Shown here: piece by piece, positions 1 through 9,007 of the stretch
How positions within the stretch are numbered: position 1 is the stretch's first letter
Layout: every line of letters starts with the position of its first letter
DNA from: Candidatus Magasanikiibacteriota bacterium
GTDB taxonomy: Bacteria; Patescibacteriota; Patescibacteriia; Magasanikbacterales; UBA922
NCBI GenBank assembly: GCA_043825135.1
Contig: JBDRSF010000010.1
Location: 1-45,828 of the forward strand
DNA: 45,828 bases
Direction: 5' to 3'
Notes under the pieces: generated by a model
What the model was told of the DNA's origin: nothing
The model's database searches: none
The model's input: the letters and a program-made list of their open reading frames with translations, nothing else
Made by a program: the position numbers and the translations under genes

Positions 1-24
1 TGATGAGTGTACAGCTTTTGCCAT
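1..24 (-). CDS. Possible 5' end of a gene running off the left edge (MAKAVHSS...)
   Basis: ATG at 24 on the minus strand, directly preceded by a TGaTATAAT extended -10-like motif; only 8 codons visible. Confidence 0.3.
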
Positions 25-56
25 GTATTATATCATTGATTGTAGTATAACTGACT

Positions 57-128
57 AACCCCCTCTCTTGCGAAGAGAGGGGGAAATAAAATGCCCCTCT
101 CTTCGCAAGAGAGGGGTTGGGGTGAGTT
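57..128. repeat. REP-like doublet of GC-rich hairpins
   Basis: CCCCCTCTCTT-gcg-AAGAGAGGGGG (59-83) and inverted copy CCCCTCTCTT-cgc-AAGAGAGGGG (94-116) followed by ttggggtgag; lies just downstream of radA. Confidence 0.75.
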
Positions 129-141
129 ATCGCTATTTGTA

Positions 142-1485
142 TCAAGCATGTCTAATCAACTCCGCAATATTTTTTACTTCAATTATTTTTAAAGTGGCCG
201 GGTGTTTTTGTGCTCCGGGGCTCAGGTGTGTTATTACTCGTTTCATTCCCAACTTCTCACATTCTTTTAAGCGTTTTGTTGTTTGTGTCACGCTTCGTAC
301 CTCACCGCCCAATCCAACTTCACCAAAGACGCATAAATCAGAGCCAAGTGACTTATCTTTGTAGGCACTGGCAATGGCAAGGCAGACTGCGAGATCAACA
401 GCTGGTTCGTCAGCTTTTATACCGCCGACAATATTGAGATGAATATCATATTGTCCTAAATTTATTCCGGCGCGTTTTTGTAATACAGCTGTTAAAACGT
501 GTAGGCGATTCAAATCAAAACCACTGGCTTTTCTAACTGGATAACCAAAAGATGTTTTATTTACTAATGCTTGAATTTCTACCAGCAGGGGGCGCGTACC
601 TTCCATTAAACAGGTTACAACACAGCCAGACATGTTTTCACCGCGTTCTTGCAAAAAACTGGCCGATGGATTGGTTACTTCCTCAAGTCCAGTTTCTTTC
701 ATTTCAAAAATTCCTACTTCATCAGTCGCACCAAAGCGATTTTTTGTTGCTCGTAAAATTCTATAACTATGATAACGCTCACCTTCTAAATACAAAACAG
801 TATCAACCAAATGTTCTAAAGTTTTTGGTCCAGCTACAGCACCATCTTTGGTCACATGGCCAATTATTACAATAGCAACATTGGTTGATTTGGCCACTTC
901 CATTAGTTTTCCAGCACAGGCGCGAATTTGCGAGACGCTACCTGGTTCGCCAGTAGATTCTTCAGAATAAATGGTTTGGATAGAATCAATAACGACTAAT
1001 TTAGGTTTTAGTTGTTTGATAGTAGAACAAATGGTTTCGACATGGACTTCGTTAGCTAATTGCAGTCGGCTGTCGGCTGTCGGCAATCTATCAGCGCGGA
1101 GTTTTATTTGTCCGACTGATTCTTCACCAGAGATATACAAGACATTATCTAGTGCCATGGCGAGTTGCATGGCGAGAGTTGATTTGCCAATTCCAGGTTC
1201 ACCACCAAGCAATATCAGACTACCAGGAACAATGCCACCACCCAAGACACGATCTAGTTCAGATATGTTCGTCTTGGTCCGATTTACATCAGAAGCTTTT
1301 ATTTCAGAAAGTTTTTGGGTTTTAGCAGGGGAATAGTCTAGCTTTCGGCTTTCGGCTTTCGGCTTTTGATTAATTTCTTCTACAATTGTTGACCATTTTC
1401 CACATTCCAAACACCTGCCCGTCCATTTAGAATACTGAGCGTCGCAGTGAGAGCAGACAAAGATTGTATTTGATTTGGTTGACAT
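142..1485 (-). CDS. radA: DNA repair protein RadA/Sms
   Basis: N-terminal C4 zinc finger (CSHC...CLEC), Walker A GEPGIGKST, VVIDSIQ, KNRFG motif, Lon-like C-terminus. Confidence 0.97.
   Translation of the reverse strand: MSTKSNTIFVCSHCDAQYSKWTGRCLECGKWSTIVEEINQKPKAESRKLDYSPAKTQKLSEIKASDVNRTKTNISELDRVLGGGIVPGSLILLGGEPGIGKSTLAMQLAMALDNVLYISGEESVGQIKLRADRLPTADSRLQLANEVHVETICSTIKQLKPKLVVIDSIQTIYSEESTGEPGSVSQIRACAGKLMEVAKSTNVAIVIIGHVTKDGAVAGPKTLEHLVDTVLYLEGERYHSYRILRATKNRFGATDEVGIFEMKETGLEEVTNPSASFLQERGENMSGCVVTCLMEGTRPLLVEIQALVNKTSFGYPVRKASGFDLNRLHVLTAVLQKRAGINLGQYDIHLNIVGGIKADEPAVDLAVCLAIASAYKDKSLGSDLCVFGEVGLGGEVRSVTQTTKRLKECEKLGMKRVITHLSPGAQKHPATLKIIEVKNIAELIRHA
1065..1085. repeat. 7-bp tandem array (GTCGGCT x3) within radA
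   Basis: gtcggct gtcggct gtcggca; encodes LPTADSRL. Confidence 0.7.
1341..1366. repeat. 7-bp tandem array (GCTTTCG x3.7) within radA
   Basis: gctttcg gctttcg gctttcg gcttt; encodes KPKAESRKL in the zinc finger-ATPase linker. Confidence 0.75.
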
Positions 1486-1488
1486 AAA

Positions 1489-3198
1489 TTATTTACAAGC
1501 ATTTATCTTCTTCAAACCTCCGGAACTACATAGAGAATATTTTAATATATTATCACACTTTGGTAAAGGGATATCGGAAATATTTTTGTGATCTAGAACA
1601 GCAATTCTTCTATACTCAAAAAAGAATCCAGTCCTCTTTTGCATTTCTTCAATGGCAGCATCTGGAAGTAGTATTTTTCCATCTTTTACATAACTACTTA
1701 CTCCTTCTTCATTTCTGGTAGTATATATCTTATCTTGTTCTTCCTTGGTTAATGACTCTATGTTTCTCCATTTATTGTATTCCTTACCAAATTTTTCTGT
1801 TAAGTGAGCTCTAGCTTTTTCAAGTTTTTCCTGCAAGAGTATTTTTAGGTAAGTTTCATCTTCTTCACTTAGAGCCGTATATTTATTATCTTCTATATAA
1901 GATTGCGGTCCATGGACATGAATTATTTGTGTACACCCATTATTAAGACAGACCATAACATGTCCTACGTCTATACCTTTATCTGGATTTTTTTTATAAC
2001 CAACTATATCACCCGGAATAGTTTCTGATTTTGGGATTGGTTGATATTTTCTGATTTCATCTGCATTACATGAAAAGAGTATTAAAGTTTTAGCTGCTAC
2101 ACCTTTTTTAGCACCACATTTAAAAATAGTGTGAGTAAAGCCACTGCAGTCAAGGCAATATTCTAAATCCCAAGGTGGTGTGGCTAAATTTTTATTTGTG
2201 AGTTCTTTTTTCATATCTGAAGTGCAGTCAAATCTACCCCACGATGTATCATTGCAAATTGCCTCAACAGATTCACTATTTTTTTCTGTTGCACAAGGCG
2301 CTCCTCTGCCGTAAAAAGCATAAGAGACAATATTTTGTTTTTCTAAATATTTACCAAAATTAATAGCGGCAAATCTAGCTGGATTTCCATACATATTCAT
2401 AGTTTTCCAGTCTAAACAAGATCCGTCTTGTATAAATTCATCAGATAAACTAGTATTTGTATTACTTAAATTCGGATTTAATTTATTGTAATCTTGAGGG
2501 TGTGTTTCGTAAAAATCTTTTATGATTTCTAATAATGTATTAAATGCTTCGCTAGCATAAGCGGTTTCTGGCTTGAGTAAAAATAAATTTTTAATTATAT
2601 CTAAATTAGTTGCAATATATTTTGGCAAGAAACTTATTCTTTCACCAGGATGACGAGCCTCCCAATCACCACTATCACCCGGTGTTTTACTCATTAAAGC
2701 TTCTTCAATACTAATACCTTTTACAAATAATATCTCCAGATCCCCAAAATTTACTAAATTTGGGTTTATTGTATATAATAAGGTGTAGGAAAGAATAGCT
2801 AATATTAGGCCCATTAATGCTCCGCTTATTTTTTTCTGGGCACTTTTTATCTTTTCTGGGCTACCACCAGATATAGTCCATTGAAGGCCTCCGATTATTA
2901 TAAAAACCACAGTTAGAATACTAGCCACAACAACAGCATAACGATAAAAGGCCATTAAATATTCTCCTAAGTAGGGGATGAGTAGATAAGTACCCTGCTG
3001 TCCTGAAGGGGTAGTTTTTTCTATAAATTCAGCTTTTGAAAACTCTAAACCAGGTAGAGTTGTTTGTAATTCAGGTTTTATATCTTTGTATTCATGTTCA
3101 CCAAAACTGTCTGCCAATAGATTGGTGGGGAATAAAAAAATACCAAAAAAACTAATAATATAAAAAAATGCTAAAATTTTGGTATTTGGTTTATTCAT
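1489..3198 (-). CDS. CPR pilin-like (TrbC/VirB2-like) domain fused to an NlpC/P60-like cysteine peptidase domain
   Basis: Signal peptide; two-TM module ...IIIGGLQWTISGGSPEKIKSAQKKISGALMGL...LLYTINPNL; LDCSGF...PGDIVGY...GHVMV...IIHVHG. Confidence 0.7.
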   Translation of the reverse strand: MNKPNTKILAFFYIISFFGIFLFPTNLLADSFGEHEYKDIKPELQTTLPGLEFSKAEFIEKTTPSGQQGTYLLIPYLGEYLMAFYRYAVVVASILTVVFIIIGGLQWTISGGSPEKIKSAQKKISGALMGLILAILSYTLLYTINPNLVNFGDLEILFVKGISIEEALMSKTPGDSGDWEARHPGERISFLPKYIATNLDIIKNLFLLKPETAYASEAFNTLLEIIKDFYETHPQDYNKLNPNLSNTNTSLSDEFIQDGSCLDWKTMNMYGNPARFAAINFGKYLEKQNIVSYAFYGRGAPCATEKNSESVEAICNDTSWGRFDCTSDMKKELTNKNLATPPWDLEYCLDCSGFTHTIFKCGAKKGVAAKTLILFSCNADEIRKYQPIPKSETIPGDIVGYKKNPDKGIDVGHVMVCLNNGCTQIIHVHGPQSYIEDNKYTALSEEDETYLKILLQEKLEKARAHLTEKFGKEYNKWRNIESLTKEEQDKIYTTRNEEGVSSYVKDGKILLPDAAIEEMQKRTGFFFEYRRIAVLDHKNISDIPLPKCDNILKYSLCSSGGLKKINACK

Positions 3199-3262
3199 AT
3201 AAAAATAACCGTCAATATTGTGAGAATTCTTTTTTTATTTTTATGCATGTTTTTTATTTTTG

Positions 3263-5491
3263 TTATCTATTTGGATTGACGAGATAGTGAGTAAAACTAG
3301 GGGTTGAGTCAAGTTGGACACATTGTCTTGTGCTACAACCACTGTCTACTGGATCACTGACGTTAGGGTCGCTCCATTTATCGCTATCTACTCCACTGTT
3401 AGGTGTTCCACCGAAGAAATCACAATAATCACAACTACTTTTTAACCATTTAGGATCGGCCCAAGGTGCGCATCCACCCATACTAGCGACACATTGGGCA
3501 TATTGTTTTTTTGTTTCTACCCAGTTCGTGGTATTATAACCATATTTTGCTAATAGTGTTTTTCCTGCCTCAGTCAATTGTCTACCACCTGAAGTTTTTT
3601 CATAACCCGCCCAGTAAGCTATTTGCCAAAAAGAACCACATTTTTTCTCTATTTGATTTGCTTTATCACCCCAGCAAGCACGCATGTCAACATTAGAGCC
3701 TATGCTTTTTGGTTTAGCTCCACCCTGCACAATAACTTCTATATGTGTAACCGCGGTCCCTTCTCCTTTTGGTATGACTTTATTGTAAATATTAATATCA
3801 CCTTTTTGTTTTTCTAGGGTGCGGTCATATAAAGCAATATCGCCTGGTTGTGCACCAGCTTGGCCTTTTTTGAGAATCCAGCCTGCTTTAATTAGGTTAT
3901 TCCTCAATCCGTGGGCACTATTGGTTAGTATTTCTTTTGGACATCCGCTCAATCCCAAAACCCTACTTACAAAATTAGCACAATGGCAAGATCCTTCGCA
4001 GATAGTTTTACTAGCAAAAACACTAGCAATCTCAGTAAGGTTTTTACCACATCCTTTTCCTTGGTATTTGGCTAATTCTGCGTTGATGTCTGCTGAATTT
4101 AAAGGAGTTAATAAAAAGGGGGTATTAGAATCAAAAACCCCACTAGAATAATCAGCACCTAAGGGAACACCTTTAACAGTTTGTACTCTCAAATTTTTAA
4201 ATTCAACCAATTCTGGATTGATATTATAAAGCAACATATAAGATCCGACTGCTAGAAATAATCCAATTAATGATTGCATTATTCTAGTTTGTGATTCTTT
4301 TATTTTTTCAGGACTACCGCCAGACATTGACCATCTAAAACCACTAATAATTATCATCACCACTGCAAAGATAGAGGCGACAACAACTCCATATTTATAT
4401 AGACCAGCTAGGTATTCTCCTAAAAACGGTACTAATATATATTTTTTTTCACCCTCGGTAACTTCAAAATTATCTGTAAAAGATAATCCAGGGATTTTTA
4501 TTTTTATGTTTGGTTTTTGGAGTATTAGTTTTATTTCACTAAAAACTCCAGGAGCACTAACAGAGCCTACTGCTGAGGCAGAAGCAAGTGCCGAAGATCC
4601 GGCAATAGCAGTATTTGCACCACCCTGCAGAGTAGCAGTACCAGAACAGCTATTGTTTTTTAAAAAATCTAAACTACATAATTGTGGTACTTGAGTATGG
4701 TCTTTTCCGTCTACAAGATACACGGTTGTATTGGGTTTTTCCCAAATCTTTTTTGCAATGGTGGCGGCTTTGTTTTTTTCATTATTTGCATAATGTCCGG
4801 CGGCATGAACATCTGAGACATAAGTTATTAATGACCCTCTTTGACTTTCTGGTATATTGGCCTCCTCTAAACATTGATTTCCATAACAACTATCAAAACG
4901 AAGAATTTTTATCACTTTTATATTTGGGTATTTTGCTATGTTTGTGGTTATGTGTGAGGTGGCTGGACCGCCTTGTGAATGTGAAGCAAAAATCGTATTT
5001 TGTGTTACTGTCAGGCCTTTTCCACTAGCTATTGTCAAAAAATCATTATATAGACATTGAAAAAAATCAGCATAATGTTCTGACCAATAAGATTTTGTAT
5101 TTCCTGAGGCTGTAATACCATTTGATTTATTCATTTCCGGACAAAAAATGACAAAATCTTTTCCAGCTGTGTCATTGAGGACACTGGTGGCACTAAATCT
5201 ATTTTCGCAGGCTTTTCTGGGAGCATTACTACTATCGCCGTGTTGGAACCAAATAAGGTCTTTGTTGCCAGTGCTTACTGGATTATAATAAATATTTTGA
5301 GGCAATTGTGGTTTATCTTCTCCAGACCATCCACCTCTTGTATATTCGGTACAATCAGATTGAAAACTTACTTTTTTCATTCCATTGTAAACAGTTTCAG
5401 AGATGGCGCTTGGAGTGGCTTTAGCAGTTTGGGCACTAAAAAGCAATATAAATAATGATAAGAAAAATACTATTTTTTTATTTCTTCTCAT
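3263..5491 (-). CDS. CPR pilin-like domain protein with an N-terminal alpha/beta-hydrolase-like domain and a C-terminal CHAP/NlpC-like domain
   Basis: Signal peptide; ASHSQGG nucleophile elbow; same pilin module (SGGSPEKIK...LLYNINPEL); CANFVSRVL...QPGDIALY...HIEVI; Cys-rich. Confidence 0.65.
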   Translation of the reverse strand: MRRNKKIVFFLSLFILLFSAQTAKATPSAISETVYNGMKKVSFQSDCTEYTRGGWSGEDKPQLPQNIYYNPVSTGNKDLIWFQHGDSSNAPRKACENRFSATSVLNDTAGKDFVIFCPEMNKSNGITASGNTKSYWSEHYADFFQCLYNDFLTIASGKGLTVTQNTIFASHSQGGPATSHITTNIAKYPNIKVIKILRFDSCYGNQCLEEANIPESQRGSLITYVSDVHAAGHYANNEKNKAATIAKKIWEKPNTTVYLVDGKDHTQVPQLCSLDFLKNNSCSGTATLQGGANTAIAGSSALASASAVGSVSAPGVFSEIKLILQKPNIKIKIPGLSFTDNFEVTEGEKKYILVPFLGEYLAGLYKYGVVVASIFAVVMIIISGFRWSMSGGSPEKIKESQTRIMQSLIGLFLAVGSYMLLYNINPELVEFKNLRVQTVKGVPLGADYSSGVFDSNTPFLLTPLNSADINAELAKYQGKGCGKNLTEIASVFASKTICEGSCHCANFVSRVLGLSGCPKEILTNSAHGLRNNLIKAGWILKKGQAGAQPGDIALYDRTLEKQKGDINIYNKVIPKGEGTAVTHIEVIVQGGAKPKSIGSNVDMRACWGDKANQIEKKCGSFWQIAYWAGYEKTSGGRQLTEAGKTLLAKYGYNTTNWVETKKQYAQCVASMGGCAPWADPKWLKSSCDYCDFFGGTPNSGVDSDKWSDPNVSDPVDSGCSTRQCVQLDSTPSFTHYLVNPNR

Positions 5492-5492
5492 A

Positions 5493-6137
5493 TTACAAAT
5501 TTAACAAAGTTTCCCAACCTTCCACAGTAGAAGGGGATTCAACTTGTTTATTATTTATAAAAATAGTTGGTACAGCTTGAATATTTAAGACCATACCTAA
5601 TTGTTCAGTTTTTGAAATATGAGAGTCAGCTCGACCAGACTCTAAGCAGGTTGCTAATTTTTTTGGATTTATATCAATTTGTTCATTTATAATATTCAAA
5701 ATTTCTTCTGACAAATTGTCGCCATTAGTAAAAGCAAATTTATAGAATTCAGTAAATTTGTCTTGTTCATTGGCACAAAGTGAATAGCGGTGAGCTAATT
5801 CACTGGAATAAGGGAATTGACTGACCGGCAAACCTTTCCAAATAATTTTTAATTTATTTGGGTATTTTGTCATTATTTGTTCAAGTAAAGTAAATTGAAT
5901 ATTACAACCTTCACAAGCGAAATCTTCAAAAACAATAATCGTTTGTGGGGCTTTTTTGTTGCCAATAATCGGATCTTCAGGATAGATTGGAACAGTAAAA
6001 TTATTACCATTATTTTTTAGAGTATTTGTTATTTTTGGATATAATGGCTCATATTGAATTACTCTAATAAAAAGAGCAAAGCCTGCTATTAAGAGGGCGG
6101 GAATAAATATCAATATAAGGGTTTTTGTTTTGGGCAT
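5493..6137 (-). CDS. DsbA-family thioredoxin-fold oxidoreductase
   Basis: N-terminal TM; DPIIGNKKAP...FEDFACEGC (CxxC); VPTIFIN cis-Pro loop. Confidence 0.88.
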   Translation of the reverse strand: MPKTKTLILIFIPALLIAGFALFIRVIQYEPLYPKITNTLKNNGNNFTVPIYPEDPIIGNKKAPQTIIVFEDFACEGCNIQFTLLEQIMTKYPNKLKIIWKGLPVSQFPYSSELAHRYSLCANEQDKFTEFYKFAFTNGDNLSEEILNIINEQIDINPKKLATCLESGRADSHISKTEQLGMVLNIQAVPTIFINNKQVESPSTVEGWETLLNL

Positions 6138-6224
6138 ATTTGTATAATGTTTGTGTGGTGATTTTTTTGAGTTAGCTATTCTTATAAAATTATTTTCTGT
6201 TTACCTGCAGGCAGGGCTTACTCT

Positions 6225-6250
6225 TTATTCCTTAATCCTTAATCCTTATT
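6225..6250. repeat. 7-bp tandem array (TCCTTAA-like)
   Basis: ttattccttaatccttaatccttatt at the stop codon of the upstream gene; reverse complement resembles the TAAGGAA array at 30521. Confidence 0.6.
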
Positions 6251-7469
6251 ATATAGGTATGTTAAATAAACCACTTTGATTTTTGTCAGTAAAGTATAAA
6301 GTTTTATTTTCTCCGAGAATTATCTCGTCTATGACATGATAACCTTCTAATGGTATTTCATTTTTTATGCCAGTTTTGGTATCAATTTTGTATAACTTAT
6401 CATTAACATCATTTAATAAATCTGGTGCTAGTCCAGCCCCCATTTTACTTTCTGATGGTACGGCACAATAAACAAAACGATCATCAGCAAAAGTGCATTT
6501 GTCAGCCCAAGTACTTAGATTTAATAATTTTCTTCCTGAACCAATATTATCACCTTCGGCATTTACAATCCATAATTCAGGCTGAAAATTACTTCTAATA
6601 CTATAAACACTGTAGAGCATTTTTTGTCCAGTTGGTGACCACTGTTCTCTAAAATCTCGTCCTTCTACGATCATGGAGCGGAAGTTTTCACCATGTAGGC
6701 CGACAAATAATATTTCTTCTCGGTCAGATCCTTGGGCTTCGCCAGTTCTGGATAAAGCCACCACTTGTTTGTTTGGCGACCAGTCCACTGTCACTCGATC
6801 GGCATTTTCTCCCATTGGCTCAATTAGACTGACGCTCTTTCCTTTTGGATCAGAAGTTACTAACCAACGATTGTCAGGGGATAGACCAACACTTTTACTA
6901 GCAATTTTGTCTCCTAGAGGAGAAAAAGAAAAGTCTTCCCAATGTTGAGGTAATGTAACTTGTTCGCTAGTGTCAAAATTATAATAAATATTAGATCCAT
7001 CTGGATATTCAATTATGGACTCATCTTTAATTGGCGACCAAGTGACATTTTGGACATTATAAAAAACTTCATCGCTAAGAGTTTTGGGATTGCCACTGGC
7101 ATCAATCTTATAGAATTTACCATCACTCTGATTATAAAAGTTGGCAGTACCACTTTTATTTAGACTAGGATTAATAATAGGTGCAGTTACCATTTGTGTA
7201 ACTGGATAAGGTCTATATTCTTCATATTCTTCGTATTCATCTAAATAAATAATTTCTTCAGCCGATGGTAATGTGCCAGGCACAGGGGTGACGCCCGGAG
7301 TTACTACACCTTCTTCAGCACTTGGCAAAATACCCGGGGTAGTTATTGCTCCTGGTGGTAAGCCAGTTGGTACTTCTTTTTTGGCAAAAAACACACGATA
7401 AAGTAGATAGCCTAAAGCTATGGTAATTATGATAAATATGATAGAAAAAATTAGTCGTTTTTTGTCCAT
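6249..7469 (-). CDS. Membrane-anchored TolB-like/beta-propeller protein
   Basis: N-terminal TM, Pro-rich linker, repeated WSP/FSP motifs (VTWSP, FSFSPLG, VDWSPN, QWSPTG). Confidence 0.7.
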   Translation of the reverse strand: MDKKRLIFSIIFIIITIALGYLLYRVFFAKKEVPTGLPPGAITTPGILPSAEEGVVTPGVTPVPGTLPSAEEIIYLDEYEEYEEYRPYPVTQMVTAPIINPSLNKSGTANFYNQSDGKFYKIDASGNPKTLSDEVFYNVQNVTWSPIKDESIIEYPDGSNIYYNFDTSEQVTLPQHWEDFSFSPLGDKIASKSVGLSPDNRWLVTSDPKGKSVSLIEPMGENADRVTVDWSPNKQVVALSRTGEAQGSDREEILFVGLHGENFRSMIVEGRDFREQWSPTGQKMLYSVYSIRSNFQPELWIVNAEGDNIGSGRKLLNLSTWADKCTFADDRFVYCAVPSESKMGAGLAPDLLNDVNDKLYKIDTKTGIKNEIPLEGYHVIDEIILGENKTLYFTDKNQSGLFNIPI

Positions 7470-7473
7470 AGAG

Positions 7474-8682
7474 TTATCTTTTAAAAATAAGTTGTCTTCT
7501 TTCTTGGCTTAGTTGTTTAATTTCATTATTTATTTCGGTAATTTCTTTGTCTATTCCTTCTTTTTTCTTCATTAATTCTTTAATTGATTTTTTAATTTTT
7601 TTACGCATTTCCTTTGCTATTTTTATTGGAATACTAAAAGATTTGCCTATTGTCAAGACAATTCCTGGAATTGGTGTGAATAGTAAAATGATTGTGAGAC
7701 ATAGTAATATACCAATGATATATAAAATTATTTGTAAAGTGTGTAAACCTAACTGGGTTGCCAAAAGACTTTTTTCTGCCATTTGTAATGGTTTTAATTT
7801 AATGTCTATGGGTTTTTTTTGAAAAATTTTACGTTTTTTTTCTTTTTCTTCAGTTTTGATTTTTTTATCAATCTTTTTTACTTTGGGTTTTTTTTTATTT
7901 TCCTCTTGCTTTTCTTGTTCTTTTTTCTCTTCTTCTTCGCCTCTGTTTCCTTCCGGAGTCTGCTCTGGTTGTTCGCTTGGTTTTTGTTCTTCCGGGCTTT
8001 CTTCTTGAGTCATGGGTTCATCAGCCTTTGGTTGAGGTTTTTCTTCTTTATTTTCTGGTTCTTTTTCTTCATCTCCCAAAGAATCGGACATCTGTTGCCA
8101 TTGGTCATTACCCCACCTACTAGCTGAACCCTTCGGTTTTTTAGTCTTTTCTTTTTCTTCCCCAGCTTCTCCAGGTTGTTTGCCTTCTTCTGCTGGATTT
8201 TCAGTTGGTGTTTCAGGTGGTTCTTCTTGAGCCATAGGCTCATCAGCCTCTGGCTGAGGTTTTTTTTCACCTTCCTGGCCTTTGGGGTTTCCCCCAGGTT
8301 CTTCTGCTGGTGTTTCAGAAGGTTCTTGCTCATTTCCTGTGGTTGAACCTTCTTCTGGCGGTGTTGGCGGTTGGGTTTCTTCACTACTTGGTTCTGCGTT
8401 ATTTTCTGCACCTTCTTCTCCGTTTGTATTTTCTGGAATGTCGGTTATTTCCTCAGTAGGTTGTTCACCAAAAGAATTAAGCATTTCTTGTATAATTTTT
8501 TCATTTGTTTTTTTTGATCCACCTACCAGCTTTTCTATTATGTCTGATAATTTTTCTTCAACTTTTTTGGCAATTTCATCAGCCTCTTCTTTGGGTATTC
8601 CAGCATTCTCCACACCTTGTTCAATGTGAGGAGTTAATTCAGCTTCAAGTTTATTATCTATATTTTCTGCTGTATCTGTCAT
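7474..8682 (-). CDS. Hypothetical protein with acidic low-complexity region, basic coiled coil and TM hairpin
   Basis: 402-aa ORF tightly packed in the operon; internal duplication KPQP.ADEPM.QEE.PE. Confidence 0.75.
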   Translation of the reverse strand: MTDTAENIDNKLEAELTPHIEQGVENAGIPKEEADEIAKKVEEKLSDIIEKLVGGSKKTNEKIIQEMLNSFGEQPTEEITDIPENTNGEEGAENNAEPSSEETQPPTPPEEGSTTGNEQEPSETPAEEPGGNPKGQEGEKKPQPEADEPMAQEEPPETPTENPAEEGKQPGEAGEEKEKTKKPKGSASRWGNDQWQQMSDSLGDEEKEPENKEEKPQPKADEPMTQEESPEEQKPSEQPEQTPEGNRGEEEEKKEQEKQEENKKKPKVKKIDKKIKTEEKEKKRKIFQKKPIDIKLKPLQMAEKSLLATQLGLHTLQIILYIIGILLCLTIILLFTPIPGIVLTIGKSFSIPIKIAKEMRKKIKKSIKELMKKKEGIDKEITEINNEIKQLSQERRQLIFKR

Positions 8683-8683
8683 G

Positions 8684-9007
8684 TTATTTGCTTAGTAATT
8701 TTGAGGCAATTTTTGTGACTGAAAAACAATCATGATAATAATTTTCCAATTCTTTTTCTTGATCTATATTTCTTTGTGATAATAAAAGCTTTAGGAGTCT
8801 GGATCTGGTTTTTATTAATTTTTTTAATATATCTTTGGTAGCTTCTTGATTTTTTTGTTCTAGTGCTTGCCAAAGTTTTTGTTTAAAATAATCAAGTTCT
8901 TCTTTGATTTGTTTTTTTTGTAAATTAGAATTGACTCGGGTGACAACCTGACCCTGTTTAGACTTTTTTATGGTTTTGGCCCACTGTTGTTCAAAATCCT
9001 CGGTCAT
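8684..9007 (-). CDS. Hypothetical helical protein
   Basis: 107-aa ORF overlapping the clpC stop (ATGA coupling) and 1 nt from the next gene. Confidence 0.7.
   Translation of the reverse strand: MTEDFEQQWAKTIKKSKQGQVVTRVNSNLQKKQIKEELDYFKQKLWQALEQKNQEATKDILKKLIKTRSRLLKLLLSQRNIDQEKELENYYHDCFSVTKIASKLLSK

Noticed and set aside
68-364. Plus-strand 98-aa ORF, and the many other short antisense or alternate-frame ORFs in the track
   Set aside because: They overlap well-supported genes or repeats and have no recognisable motifs; treated as shadow ORFs
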